64,000 bases of DNA from an uncultured Verrucomicrobiae bacterium (GTDB lineage: Bacteria; Verrucomicrobiota; Verrucomicrobiia; Chthoniobacterales; JAFAMB01). Position numbers and translations under genes: made by a program. How positions within the stretch are numbered: the stretch's first letter is position 1; the number at the start of each line of letters is the position of its first letter. The notes below the pieces were generated by a model. That model was not told where the DNA came from. It did no database searches and saw nothing but the letters and a program-made list of their open reading frames with translations. Location of the stretch: positions 196,515-260,514 of the forward strand of contig CAWEXO010000008.1 of assembly GCA_963813025.1 (NCBI GenBank), read 5' to 3'. Shown here in pieces: positions 39,054 to 49,902 of the stretch.

Positions 39054-39055
39054 GC

Positions 39056-39976
39056 TCAATACCGGACCCATCGCCCCGAGGCGAGAAGCTGAATGGACGT
39101 GATGATCAGGATAAGCAAGGTCATGATGACAGAGACGGCCGCGCCGTAGCCAATCTCAAAGCTGCCAAACGCTTCTTCAACAATGTGAATAGACATCGAG
39201 CGCGTCGCGTCACCGGGACCGCCCTGGGTCAGGATGACGATCGACTCGTAGACCTGCAGTGCGCCAATCGAGGCATAGACGATGGCGAAAAAGACCACCG
39301 GCGAGATCCACGGCAACACAATGCGAAAGAACCGCCGCCAGTAAGAGGCTTCGTCCATAGTCGCAGCGTCCATGATCGCCTTCGGCACGCCCTGCAGCGC
39401 AGCGATGAAGATGATCATGAAAAAGCCGGCATTCTTCCAGATGTCCATGATGACAATCGACATCATCGCCGTTCGGCTCGATGTCAGCCAGTGGACCGGC
39501 GCGAAGCCAAGCCGGATCAGGTAGTAGTTGATGACCCCGAGATCGTCGCCATAGAAATAGCCCCACACGATTGAGACAAAAGCGGCAGCGATGATCACTG
39601 GCAGAAAATAGGCGAGGCGGAACAGATAGAGAAGAAACGCCGGCATCGCACGATTGAGGGCGAGCGCGAACAGGAGCCCGACGGTGACATTTCCCGTCAC
39701 CGCGAAGATCGCGAACCAGAGCGTGTTCCAGAAAATCTGAAGCGACCGATCACCAGTAAAGAAACGTCGAAAATTCTCCAACCCAACCCAGCGCGAGCCG
39801 GCCATCGGATCGTAGTAGGTGAAGCTGAGCACGAAGGTCAGAATAACCGGAGCCAGCACAAAAACCGCGTAGAGCGCAAACGAGGGCAGGATGAAAAGGT
39901 AACCGGCCCGTCTTTGCGCTCTCCGCAGCTCGGATCCGGTCCGCCTCCCAAGAGGCTCAATCGTGCTTGCGCTCAA
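39056..39976 (-). CDS. Carbohydrate ABC permease
   Basis: WVGLENF, LQGVP..IMDAATMD, TQGGPG. Confidence 0.92.
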   Translation of the reverse strand: MSASTIEPLGRRTGSELRRAQRRAGYLFILPSFALYAVFVLAPVILTFVLSFTYYDPMAGSRWVGLENFRRFFTGDRSLQIFWNTLWFAIFAVTGNVTVGLLFALALNRAMPAFLLYLFRLAYFLPVIIAAAFVSIVWGYFYGDDLGVINYYLIRLGFAPVHWLTSSRTAMMSIVIMDIWKNAGFFMIIFIAALQGVPKAIMDAATMDEASYWRRFFRIVLPWISPVVFFAIVYASIGALQVYESIVILTQGGPGDATRSMSIHIVEEAFGSFEIGYGAAVSVIMTLLILIITSIQLLASGRWVRY

Positions 39977-40069
39977 TCAAATGCGACGCCTTTCGTCGTC
40001 ACCCGGAGTTTGCGCTCTCCACCGCGGAAATCTCCCAACCGCGTTAGCGTGCGAGATTTTCAGATCAGT

Positions 40070-41336
40070 CTATTTGGCTTCGTGAGCGGCGAGTCGTTTG
40101 AACGATTCGTTCAATTCATGATCGGCGCGCTTGACGCCATCCGCGATCGAGATTTCGCCTGACATCATCGCGGTGTAGTTGCGGATGAAGATTTTTTCGA
40201 TTTCCTGAAAATTGGCCGGCGATGGCACCGGCAGCGTGTGCGGCAAAGTCTGATAATACAGCGCTGCACTCGGCGGGAACGCGAGGAAAGCCGGCGTCTC
40301 AGCGGCCGATTTTCGCCCAGGGATGCCCCCTCCGCCTTCGCCCTCTTCCTTCTGCGTTTCGAAGCTCGTGAGTTCGCCGACAAGCTCCTTGGCAAGATCC
40401 GGATTTTTCGACATCTTGGAGATTCCATAGCCGCCGAACCCGATGACGGTGTAGTCATTCACTTTGGTCGGCGGAATAGCGATATCCATGTCGAGCTTGG
40501 CCGCCTTCGCGTTCTGCACGATCCAATGGCCGCGCGAGATCATCGCAACCTGTCCAGCCTTGAATTGGTTGTCCATCGTGTTCTTCCCGGGAATCGGCGA
40601 CACTTTATCGACATGGATCAGGTCATGGAGGAATTGCAGCGACTCGGACACTTTGGGGTCAAGCATGTTGGATGCGGTCCAGTCGGCGTTCAGGATTGAC
40701 GTTCCGTTCGAATAGAACCACGGCTGCACGAAGAAGAACTGGTTAGGGACCTCGTAACCGAATTGAGTCACGTTCCCTGCCGCGTCGCGGACAGTCAATT
40801 TCTTTGGCGACCTCCCGGAACTGATCCCACGTCCAGCCTGTCTTGGGAAACTCAACGCCGGCATCCTTAAACAGTTTCCGGTTGTAGTTGATCATGATGT
40901 TGTTCCAGCCGATCGGAATAAAGTAGTTTTTGCCCTTATAGGATGCGTATTTGAAGAGGGCCGGATCGAAATCGGAATAGCTCGGATGGCTCGCAATGTA
41001 ATCATCGAGCGGAATGAACATATTGCGTGTCTCGAATGTCCTGAACGTTTCGATCGCCGTCCCGTAGACGTCGTAGGCATTGTTTGCGTTGAACTGCGAC
41101 AGAACGCGGGTGACGTAGTCGCCCCAGCCGTTTGATATTGGATCGATGGCAATCTCGACTTTTGCGTTGGGATACTTCTGATTGAATCGGGCGACGGCGT
41201 TGGTGACCGCTTTAAGCTCGGCGGCGTTGCCAAAGGCCATCAGGCGCAAATTGGCGGAAACGTCGGAGGCGAAACCGTTACTTGAAGCCAGCGCAAAGCC
41301 GGCCGCGAGCAGAAAGGTAGAAATTTTAGATTTCAC
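40070..41336 (-). CDS. Sugar ABC substrate-binding protein (one frameshift near 40803 as assembled)
   Basis: Signal peptide MKSKISTFLLAAG; ...WTWDQFREVA continues as KKLTVRDAAG in the adjacent frame (extra A in an A-run). Confidence 0.85.
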
Positions 41337-41363
41337 GGGGGGAAGAAGCTTGAAAACGCCGCC

Positions 41364-41379
41364 ATGTTAGCGCAAACAT
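41364..41379. promoter_or_regulatory. LacI-family operator
   Basis: ATGTTAGCGCAAACAT near-palindrome with central GCGC, between the binding-protein start and the divergent LacI gene. Confidence 0.7.
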
Positions 41380-41537
41380 CCTCAGGCGTCAAACGCGATC
41401 GTGGATCGTTTTAAGAACTTCTGTCCTTCACCTCAATCTCCTGGAGAGCCGAGCTGGTCGGCTTGAACAAATGACCGCTCTTATCGGTTTCCAGGTGAAC
41501 TAGCGATTCCGGCCGCCGAAATCCTCGAATCGAATCT

Positions 41538-42572
41538 ATGATCCATCGTTCTCCAGCCGATGCACGACGCCCAACTCTCGATGATGTCGCCAAGCTGATA
41601 GGCCTCTCCCACCAAACCGTGTCCCGCGTCATTAATAATCATCCAAGAGTTCTTCCGGAAACTCGACAACGTGTCCTCCGGGCAATCGACGCGATTGGCT
41701 ACAAGCCAAACCAGGCTGCCAGATTTCTCGCCAATCGTCGCTCCACATTGATCGGCCTGGTGACCGATGACCCAGGAGTTTACGGGCCTGCTCACGCGAT
41801 TCTCAGCCTCGAGCAGCAAGCTCGATTACATGGATATACGCTCATGATTTTTGGGCTGCGGAATCTGACCATTGTGGACGCCAAGGCCGGCGCCGAAGAA
41901 CTAGTCGCGAACTCAGCGGAAGGACTGATCGTAGATGTTCCTGTCGAAATCGACCGGGCGGAGCTTGCGGCGGCAATGGGAAACATACCATTTGTGACGC
42001 TCGACATCGACGGAGGCGCACTATTCCCATCGTTTCGCGTGGACCATATTCGCGGTTCCAGGTTGGCCACTCGTCATTTGATTTCGCTCGGCCACACTCG
42101 GATTGCCGGACTGCTCGGTCACAAACCGTATCGCAGCTCAAAGCTCCGACGAAAAGGTTGGCTTGCCGAGCTGCGTAGGGCGGGGCTAGAGGCCGGTCCG
42201 GCCAGATATACTCCTTGGACGCCCGACGGCGGTTACGATGCAACCAAAGAACTGATCAAAACCGCGATCGGAAAATTCACGGCAATTTTCGCCGCAAACG
42301 ATTTGATTGCGATGGGAGCTCTTCTCGCGCTGCATGAGGCCGGCATCGCGGTCCCTGAAGAAGTCTCCGTAGTCGGCTTTGATAATATGCCCGAGGGCCG
42401 TTTTTTTTATCCACCACTAACGACAGCAACCTCCGATTTCGACGTGATGGCCCGCGAAAGTCTCGACATCCTGTTTGCTAGAATGCGCGGGACGCCGGGC
42501 GCCATGCTCCGCCGAGTGTTTCGACCAGAGATGATGATCCGCAAAAGCACCGCGCCGCCCCCCGGTGTTTGA
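41538..42572 (+). CDS. LacI-family transcriptional regulator
   Basis: TLDDVAKLIGLSHQTVSRVIN; FAANDLIAMG; VSVVGFDN; PPLTT. Confidence 0.95.
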   Translation: MIHRSPADARRPTLDDVAKLIGLSHQTVSRVINNHPRVLPETRQRVLRAIDAIGYKPNQAARFLANRRSTLIGLVTDDPGVYGPAHAILSLEQQARLHGYTLMIFGLRNLTIVDAKAGAEELVANSAEGLIVDVPVEIDRAELAAAMGNIPFVTLDIDGGALFPSFRVDHIRGSRLATRHLISLGHTRIAGLLGHKPYRSSKLRRKGWLAELRRAGLEAGPARYTPWTPDGGYDATKELIKTAIGKFTAIFAANDLIAMGALLALHEAGIAVPEEVSVVGFDNMPEGRFFYPPLTTATSDFDVMARESLDILFARMRGTPGAMLRRVFRPEMMIRKSTAPPPGV

Positions 42573-42656
42573 AGCAGGACCGCACTAATTCCCCAGCAGC
42601 CGAAGATGCTCGCGGATCCGGTCTCCTTTCTTGTGAGTCCCTGCTACAGAATCTTC

Positions 42657-43661
42657 TCAATCCCGCACCCTAGTCGAACGAATTCGGCGTTGGAGCCGGT
42701 TCGCCACCATCACCACCACCAATAGCACGCCGTACAGAAGGTCCCGGGCGAAATTGTTCACTGAGAGCAGATTCAAGCCGCTGGAAAGAAATTGGAGGGA
42801 AAGGACAGCGAGGACCAAACCGAAAACTGTCCCGGAGCCGCCGTTCGGGTTAACGCCTGCCAGAATATTGATCAGCACGGCCAGGAGCAGGTAGGAGGTG
42901 CCGTAATCCGGGTTTGCGCTGTTGGCTCGGGCGAGGATCACGAGCCCGGCGCACGAGGCCATCAAACCGCTTAAAATGTAGGTCAGCATTAAAACCCGAA
43001 AAGTCGGGATTCCGGCAAAGGGAGCGGCTCGCGAATTCGTGCCGTAGAGCCGCATCTGCGTACCCAGAAGCATACGCGCCGTGACGAGGTAGATGACGCC
43101 GAGCGCCACAAGGAAAACCAGCAGCGGCACCGGAACTCCGAAGATTGCGCCGTTACCAATCGAAGCATATGAGGTGGGCAGGCCAGTGACAGAACTGCCT
43201 TTCGTCAGAATAATGCCGATGCCGGCAAAAAGCTGAAGTGTCCCCAGCGTTGCGAGGATCGCAGGCAACCTGCAGCCAGCAATAAGAAGACCGTTGACTG
43301 ATCCGGCAACCGCACCGACCAGGAAGGCAGCGGGGACGGCCAGCCACAAAAATTGGTGCGTCAGGCTCCGCATCAGAAAAGCAGCGGCGATAGCGCTTAG
43401 GTTGGCCACGCTCACCACGCTGAGATCGATGCCGCCGGTCAGCATGGTTGGATGAATAGCCAGCGCGAGAATTGCAAACTCCGGGAGTTGGTAAGCCATG
43501 GAGCTAAGATTCGCCCCAGAAAGGAACGCCGCTGGGCTAAGAGCACAAAAGGCCAGAAAAATCACGATCGTGAAAACGGCCAGCCGGAGGACATAGCGAC
43601 TGTTTTCGGACAACCCGCGTGAACCTTGTTCTGGAGGGTAGCGAAGGATTTTTCGGTTCAC
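42657..43661 (-). CDS. Monosaccharide ABC permease (RbsC type)
   Basis: TGGIDLSV, LPAILATLGT, multiple TM helices. Confidence 0.9.
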   Translation of the reverse strand: MNRKILRYPPEQGSRGLSENSRYVLRLAVFTIVIFLAFCALSPAAFLSGANLSSMAYQLPEFAILALAIHPTMLTGGIDLSVVSVANLSAIAAAFLMRSLTHQFLWLAVPAAFLVGAVAGSVNGLLIAGCRLPAILATLGTLQLFAGIGIILTKGSSVTGLPTSYASIGNGAIFGVPVPLLVFLVALGVIYLVTARMLLGTQMRLYGTNSRAAPFAGIPTFRVLMLTYILSGLMASCAGLVILARANSANPDYGTSYLLLAVLINILAGVNPNGGSGTVFGLVLAVLSLQFLSSGLNLLSVNNFARDLLYGVLLVVVMVANRLQRRIRSTRVRD

Positions 43662-43786
43662 GGCTGGAAAGCGTTTAACAAGAAATATTTCTTCGAGCCA
43701 GTTGAAACACCGAAAACGTTTTCTTGATCTCGGTTTGCTCGAATCGTAAACTCGCGGCCCCCTACTCTCACTTCCCCTTCAAGATC

Positions 43787-44779
43787 ATGAGACTTAAATT
43801 CCTTGTTCCAGCTTTTTTGGTGGTTGGCATCGCCTTTATCACCGCGCATTCCAGTTCTGCCGACGATAAGAAGTATAACCTGGCAACCGTTGTAAAGATC
43901 AGCGGCATCAACTGGTTCAATCACATGGAAAGCGGCGTGAAAAAATTCGCTCAGGATACCGGCAACCAAACCGTCCAACTCGGTCCGCCGGTTACCGACT
44001 CCGCCCAGCAAAATCAGATAATTGAGGATCTCATCGCCAAAAAGGTGGACGCGATTTGCGTTGTGCCCTTTCAACCACCAGCGATGGAACCGGTTCTCAA
44101 AAAGGCTCTGGACAATCACATCGTGGTTGTCACTCACGAAGCCTCAAACATTCAAAATGCTGATTACGACCTGGAGGCTTTCGATAACACGGCTTTTGGC
44201 GAGCACATCATGGAGAATCTCGCGCAGCGGATGAACTACGAGGGCGAGTATGCCGTCTTTGTCGGGAGCCTTACCTCAAAAACTCACAATGAATGGGCAG
44301 ACGGTGCAATTGCTCTGCAGAAGAAGAAATATCCGAAAATGAAGCTGGCGGTCGACAAGATCGAGACCAATGACGACCAACAGGTCTCCTACGCCAAAGC
44401 CAAGGAACTGCTCAGGTCCCATCCGAACATTAAAGGGTTCCAGGGCAGCGCTTCAACCGACGCACCTGGATGCGGTTTGGCTGTCGAAGAAGCAGGACTG
44501 CAGGATAAAGTCGTTGTGGTCGGCACGGGCGTTCCTTCGCTGGTCAAAAAATATCTACCCAGTGGGGCAGTACGCATGATCTCGTTCTGGGACTCCGCGG
44601 TTGCGGGTTACGCGATGAACAAGATTGCCGTCATGGTGCTCAACGGACAAAAAGTCACCGACGGAATGAACCTTGGTCTGCCCGGCTACGAAAAAATTAG
44701 ACTGGTGAACAACAAGGTCATTTACGGCGCGGGGTGGATCGATTGCACCAAGGACAATATGGATAAGTTTGACTTTTAA
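43787..44779 (+). CDS. Monosaccharide ABC substrate-binding protein (LsrB/RhaS-like)
   Basis: Signal peptide, VVKISGINWFNHMESG, IEDLIAKKVDAI, FWDSAVAG. Confidence 0.88.
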   Translation: MRLKFLVPAFLVVGIAFITAHSSSADDKKYNLATVVKISGINWFNHMESGVKKFAQDTGNQTVQLGPPVTDSAQQNQIIEDLIAKKVDAICVVPFQPPAMEPVLKKALDNHIVVVTHEASNIQNADYDLEAFDNTAFGEHIMENLAQRMNYEGEYAVFVGSLTSKTHNEWADGAIALQKKKYPKMKLAVDKIETNDDQQVSYAKAKELLRSHPNIKGFQGSASTDAPGCGLAVEEAGLQDKVVVVGTGVPSLVKKYLPSGAVRMISFWDSAVAGYAMNKIAVMVLNGQKVTDGMNLGLPGYEKIRLVNNKVIYGAGWIDCTKDNMDKFDF

Positions 44780-46271
44780 ACCCTTGGCGTCGCTACTCGC
44801 CCAGAAAGTTTCCAAGACTTACGTCCGTGTCCCTGTTCTCCGGGACGTGACTCTGTCCGTTGAGCACGCGTCGGTTCACTGTCTCGCGGGCGAAAACGGG
44901 TCAGGAAAATCTACCCTGATCAAGATTATCGCCGGTACGTTGAAAGCCGACGAGGGAAAGATCTTTATCGACGGTCAAGACGCAACCCGGGTAAACGCCT
45001 TGGGACGAATTGATCTCGGGCTCAGCGTCATTTACCAGGATTTTTCGCTGCTCCCGAATTTGTCGGTTTTCGAGAACATCATTTTTCTGGACAGCATTTC
45101 CCGACATCGCCGGCTGGTAGACTTTCGACGAATGCGAAGCCAGGCCAAGGAGATCTTGGAAAGAATGAGGGTGCGTATTCCCTTGGATGCTTTGGTAGAA
45201 GAGTTGCCCGTTTCCAACCAGCAACTCGTCGCGATTGCTCGCGCTCTAAGCAATCGTTCAAAGGTCATCATCATGGATGAACCGACCTCAGCGCTGACCA
45301 GACGCGAAGTTCGTGCACTTTTCCAGATTGTACATACGATCCGCGAGGACAGCGTCAGCTTTATCTTCGTCACGCATAAACTGGAGGAGATTTATGAGAT
45401 CTGCGACCACGTGACTGTGATTAGAAATGGGGAAATAGTGACTGCCGGGGTTATCACGAACTACAGCACGGCCCAGCTGAGCGAGGCGATCACCGGTCGC
45501 CAGATCCAGATTGAGCGTATCCAGCCAGCCCGCCCGCCGGTCGATGTACCTCCTTTGCTTCAAGTGGATTCTTTGACGACAGAGCCGTTTTACCGCGACG
45601 TTAGCTTCCAGGTTAGACATGGCGAGATTGTTGGCCTGACCGGCTTACTCGGGTCAGGGCGATCCGAACTGGCTCTGGGTTTAGCCGGGAAGATACCTCC
45701 TGATTCCGGCACAATGCGGCTCGATGGAGAAGAGATCCGTCCTCGGAACGTGCGTGAGGCGCAACGGCTCGGAGTCGGCTACGTTCCGGAAGATCGCCTG
45801 AGTGAAGGCCTCTTTCTAGAACAGGAGATTTTTAAGAACATGCTCATCGCGAACATGGGCCCGCGCACTCAGTTTGGCCTTCTTGACCAGGAACAGTTAC
45901 GTCGCGATGGCGAAGGTTATCTCCGGCAGCTGGAGATCAAGGCACGAAACGGTCGTGACCCAGTGCAAACTCTTTCTGGCGGCAACCAACAGCGAGTCCT
46001 GATCGCTCGTTACCTGGACTTGCATCCCAAGCTTCTCATCATGAACGGCCCGACCATCGGGGTTGACGTCGGATCAAAACACGAGATTCACCTTTTGATT
46101 GCCAAACTGGCGGAAGCTGGAACCGGAATCCTGGTGGTTTCGGATGATCTGCCTGAACTGCTTAGTCTCTGCCATAGAATCCTCGTCATCGCTGATGGCA
46201 AATTGACGAACGAACACACCGCGCTTGATCTGGACCTCCAGACCTTGGGGCGCGAGATAACGATGGAGTAG
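44769..46271 (+). CDS. Monosaccharide ABC ATP-binding protein (RbsA type, two NBDs)
   Basis: GENGSGKST, MDEPTSAL, YVPEDR, LSGGNQQ. Confidence 0.93.
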   Translation: MTFKPLASLLAQKVSKTYVRVPVLRDVTLSVEHASVHCLAGENGSGKSTLIKIIAGTLKADEGKIFIDGQDATRVNALGRIDLGLSVIYQDFSLLPNLSVFENIIFLDSISRHRRLVDFRRMRSQAKEILERMRVRIPLDALVEELPVSNQQLVAIARALSNRSKVIIMDEPTSALTRREVRALFQIVHTIREDSVSFIFVTHKLEEIYEICDHVTVIRNGEIVTAGVITNYSTAQLSEAITGRQIQIERIQPARPPVDVPPLLQVDSLTTEPFYRDVSFQVRHGEIVGLTGLLGSGRSELALGLAGKIPPDSGTMRLDGEEIRPRNVREAQRLGVGYVPEDRLSEGLFLEQEIFKNMLIANMGPRTQFGLLDQEQLRRDGEGYLRQLEIKARNGRDPVQTLSGGNQQRVLIARYLDLHPKLLIMNGPTIGVDVGSKHEIHLLIAKLAEAGTGILVVSDDLPELLSLCHRILVIADGKLTNEHTALDLDLQTLGREITME

Positions 46272-46274
46272 GAT

Positions 46275-47288
46275 GTGTTGTGGTTTCTAAAATATCTCCG
46301 CTCTTCCGAGGGTGTTATTTTGTTGATGATGGTGCTGCTATGTACGGTCGTCACCTTCATCAATCCAGTCTTCCTGAGTGCGCCGAACCTGCTCGATTTG
46401 GTGCGGGACAGCATAACCACCGGTCTTTTTGCCTTGGGCGTGTATTTAGCTCTGTTGTCGGGTGGACTCGACGTTTCCTTCACCGCCGTAGGCGCCTTGT
46501 CGATGTACGCCACCGTCAAATTTTTTGCCCAAACAAATTATCAGGCGCCCCTTGCTCTGATCTTCCTCAGTGCAGCCTTGCTGGGCGGGCTACTGGGCGC
46601 ATTCAACGCCACGCTCATCGCGTTTTTCCGGTTGCCGACTTTGATCGTTACCCTGGGAACTTTGAATCTTTTCCGCGGGCTTCTCCTGACCTTCGTTGGC
46701 ACCAAGCATATTACGGATATCCCAGACAGTATGCTGCAGTTGTCCCGCGCATTCCTTTATCGGGGTAAGCTAGCTGACGGCAGCCTCTTTAGCCTGCCCG
46801 CCACAACGGTGCCTTTGGTTATTGTGGCCATCCTCGTTGCTGTACTTGTTCGCTTTACGATGCTGGGACGCTCAATCTACGCGATCGGCGGCAGCGAAGT
46901 GGCAAGCGACCGCTTAGGTATCCCGGTCGCGCAAGTTCGATTCTTTGTCTACGTCGCGGTCGGAGTCATTGCAGGGATCGCGGGCATCGTGCACGCTTCC
47001 CAGATTCGTGTGGCCAATCCGTTCGATCTGGTTGGCACCGAACTAAACGTGCTGGCGGCTGTTGTCCTGGGAGGTGCTCGCATCACCGGCGGACGCGGTA
47101 GTGTTTTCGGCACTCTCATGGGCGTCTTTCTCGTAACGATCATCAACAACTCCCTCATTCTCCTCGGCGTTTCCTCGTATTATGACCGTTGTGTCGTCGG
47201 GCTGCTTGTGATTCTCGGGGCGGGTGGCCCACTCCTCCTTCAACGCCTTCAGGTCGGTCGAAAGGCGTGGGTGCCGGGAAGGTCGTAG
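46275..47288 (+). CDS. Monosaccharide ABC permease
   Basis: SGGLDVSF, IYAIGG, ELNVLAAVVLGG. Confidence 0.92.
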   Translation: MLWFLKYLRSSEGVILLMMVLLCTVVTFINPVFLSAPNLLDLVRDSITTGLFALGVYLALLSGGLDVSFTAVGALSMYATVKFFAQTNYQAPLALIFLSAALLGGLLGAFNATLIAFFRLPTLIVTLGTLNLFRGLLLTFVGTKHITDIPDSMLQLSRAFLYRGKLADGSLFSLPATTVPLVIVAILVAVLVRFTMLGRSIYAIGGSEVASDRLGIPVAQVRFFVYVAVGVIAGIAGIVHASQIRVANPFDLVGTELNVLAAVVLGGARITGGRGSVFGTLMGVFLVTIINNSLILLGVSSYYDRCVVGLLVILGAGGPLLLQRLQVGRKAWVPGRS

Positions 47289-47347
47289 GACAGGACTCGG
47301 GAGTCGAGGTTTTTATCATCTCCATCTCGAACACCTGCTACTTTGGA

Positions 47348-47917
47348 TCAAGCGAATGAATGCGGGAGACCTTCGAGATTTGTATGGCTTTTTTGCATCG
47401 CCTCTACTGAAACGCCTCTCTTTTCCATGAGCAGCATCACGACGATATCGGTGAACAGGAAGAGTGCCTGCTCGAGCAACGAGGCCATCGGCTGAATCGA
47501 TTTTACTTCCTGCGGACCCCCAAAAATCTGACCGGGAATTCTCACGCAAAGATCCGCGAGCTTTCCGTGCTCATTCTCCGGGTGCGCGGTCAACAGCGCA
47601 ATTCTGGCGCCCGCAGCCTTCGCCAAACGAACGATGTTCAGTTCGACATTCGTCACCGCACAATGGTCGATAAGCAAATCTCCGGGGCCAATCTGCGGAC
47701 TGGTTGTGTCATAGACAACGTAGGTCTCAATGCCCATGTGCTTGAGGCGCATCGCAAACGCTCGTACAGAAAGCTGCATACGTCCCATTGCATACAGGTG
47801 AATTGTCTTCGCTTTAAGTATCTCCTGAACGAAAAGCTCAACGTCATCAGGATTTACGGCTTCGAGGACTTGGCGATTCTCGTCTAAGACTTTGGTGACA
47901 AGCGCATGATAATTCAT
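47348..47917 (-). CDS. SIS-domain sugar isomerase (6-phospho-3-hexuloisomerase-like)
   Basis: YAMGR....RAFAMRLKHMG, IQPMASLLEQ, HTNLE. Confidence 0.85.
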   Translation of the reverse strand: MNYHALVTKVLDENRQVLEAVNPDDVELFVQEILKAKTIHLYAMGRMQLSVRAFAMRLKHMGIETYVVYDTTSPQIGPGDLLIDHCAVTNVELNIVRLAKAAGARIALLTAHPENEHGKLADLCVRIPGQIFGGPQEVKSIQPMASLLEQALFLFTDIVVMLLMEKRGVSVEAMQKSHTNLEGLPHSFA

Positions 47918-47964
47918 CTCTCACTACAAGTAGATCCGCCGTCAATACTGATGGTTTGTCCCTC

Positions 47965-48306
47965 TTATGCGTCGGCGCCGACGAGCCACACGCGTACTCC
48001 ATCCTTTTCAGCGTCCGCTTGGCGGCTGGTCAAATCATCGGGCATCTTCGGAATCGCACGGAATGAAACTCGCATCTCGTCTTCCCCAGGTTGATGAGGC
48101 TCCCCGGTCATCGCCAGGCAGGTGAGATCGCCAGCCAGCCGCTCGGCTTCTTCCAGGATCGAACGCTCATCATCGGGAGACTCCGCCGTCTTTTTTGCCG
48201 CAGCGAACGGCACCTCGGCGAGGAATCGGATCTCGCGGCCGGTCCGGTTGCCAGAATGCTTGTGGTGCGGCTCGAGAGTGATGTCGAAATAGAGCGCCTG
48301 GGGCAT
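47965..48306 (-). CDS. Hypothetical protein (~113 aa)
   Basis: MPQALYFDITLEPH...VRVWLVGADA; globular composition, no family recognised. Confidence 0.6.
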   Translation of the reverse strand: MPQALYFDITLEPHHKHSGNRTGREIRFLAEVPFAAAKKTAESPDDERSILEEAERLAGDLTCLAMTGEPHQPGEDEMRVSFRAIPKMPDDLTSRQADAEKDGVRVWLVGADA

Positions 48307-48455
48307 ACGGTTCATTAAAATGCCCGAGATTCCGGAATTAACAAGAAACTGCCCGGAGGTTGGGAGTCTCCTCGGAAGGGCTCGGGCGTAAATGTGTACC
48401 TTTTTCCAAGTTAAGCAGTCCACTATTCGTGGATGCGCGAATGAATTAGATAATT

Positions 48456-49766
48456 ATGAGCTCCGGAGGAAGGAAATTAATGTTCTCTGTAAAACCACGT
48501 TTACTCGGGCTGGGAGCACTTGGCCGGCTACTTTCCCGCAATCCGCGAGCGCAACGACAGAGGTCGTTGAACTTGGAGGCGAAACCGGAGCAGCGGCACC
48601 CGCAACCGATGACATTAGAGGAGCCTAAAGGCTCGAAAAAGGGACCTGGAATCTTGTCCGTCGCAATACAACTTTTCGGAGTCGTGGCCGTCGGTTTGGC
48701 GCAACGGTATGCCAAATCCTGGAGCGCTGAGCTGACGGCCCAAATTAAGCGTTCGCGAAACCGATCGGAATTTCAAAGTTCTTCAATCAAGGCTGGGTCG
48801 AGCGTTGCTTCTGAGTTGCCCGGCCGTTCTGAGGCGACACCGTCGCAACCTCCAGCCGAGAAACGGTATCCAAAGGGTGTCGTGGGACTTTTCAAGAATA
48901 CTGCCCGCGAGTGGATGGAGGATAAGTGTCCTCAGCTGGGCGCCGCCCTCGCCTATTTTACTGTATTTTCCTTAGCACCATTGGTCTTGGTGCTCTTGGC
49001 GGTCTTTGGACTTATCTTTGGCAGCAGCGAACAGGGGCGAGATCAGATTCTTAAACAGCTGCAATATTTCATCGATCCCAACGGGATCAAAGTTATCAAA
49101 GACATCGCCGCGAACGCCTCGAGGCCACAACAGGGGATCCTGGCAACGACGATTGGCGTAATCATAGGCCTGTTCGGTGCAAGCGGTGTTTTCGGCCAAC
49201 TCCAGGATGCATTGAACACGATTTGGGGCCTCAAGCCCAAACCTGGAAGGGGAATCTGGGGCTTTGTGCAGGCGCGCTTCCTGTCCTTTGCCATGGTAGG
49301 CGGGGTCTGCTTCCTGCTCTTGGTGTCTCTGACCGTGGAAAGCATTCTCCGGGGTTTGAACGACTATCTGCAAGCGGCTATGCCGGGAGGTCATTTTTTG
49401 GCAATGGCGCTCTTCCTGATCTTTGATTTCGTCATCATCGTGCTGCTGTTTGCGATAATCTTTCGCTATTTGCCGGACGCGAAGGTCGCATGGCACGACG
49501 TCTGGGTGGGCGCCACTTTAACGGCCGTTCTTTTTGTCGTAGGCAAGTTTGTTCTTGCGCTGTACCTGGGGAGCGGTGCGGCCGGTTCAGCTTACGGTGC
49601 GGCTAGTTCACTGGTTACTCTTCTACTCTGGATTTACTATTCCGCGCTGATCCTTCTTTTCGGTGCCGAATTCACCCAGGTATACGCGAATACCTACGGC
49701 AGCCAGCTCAAACCGAAAAAACATGCAGTGAAGGTCGAAAAGACGGAGCGAGAGATCGCCTCATAG
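48456..49766 (+). CDS. YihY/virulence factor BrkB-family membrane protein with N-terminal extension
   Basis: GAALAYFTVFSLAP, LQDALNTIW, YGAASSL..LLLWIYYS..ILLFGAE. Start may be 48609 or later. Confidence 0.88.
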   Translation: MSSGGRKLMFSVKPRLLGLGALGRLLSRNPRAQRQRSLNLEAKPEQRHPQPMTLEEPKGSKKGPGILSVAIQLFGVVAVGLAQRYAKSWSAELTAQIKRSRNRSEFQSSSIKAGSSVASELPGRSEATPSQPPAEKRYPKGVVGLFKNTAREWMEDKCPQLGAALAYFTVFSLAPLVLVLLAVFGLIFGSSEQGRDQILKQLQYFIDPNGIKVIKDIAANASRPQQGILATTIGVIIGLFGASGVFGQLQDALNTIWGLKPKPGRGIWGFVQARFLSFAMVGGVCFLLLVSLTVESILRGLNDYLQAAMPGGHFLAMALFLIFDFVIIVLLFAIIFRYLPDAKVAWHDVWVGATLTAVLFVVGKFVLALYLGSGAAGSAYGAASSLVTLLLWIYYSALILLFGAEFTQVYANTYGSQLKPKKHAVKVEKTEREIAS

Positions 49767-49902
49767 AATCCTCTGCGGGCTGCTCGCATCAATCGGCGAG
49801 CGACGTCGAGAAATTGCGACTTAGTTAACGCGTTGTCCGATTAATTAAGATGGTTGAGCTGGATGCAGACGCAGAAATTCAGAGGGTTTCAACCGAGTGC
49901 CT

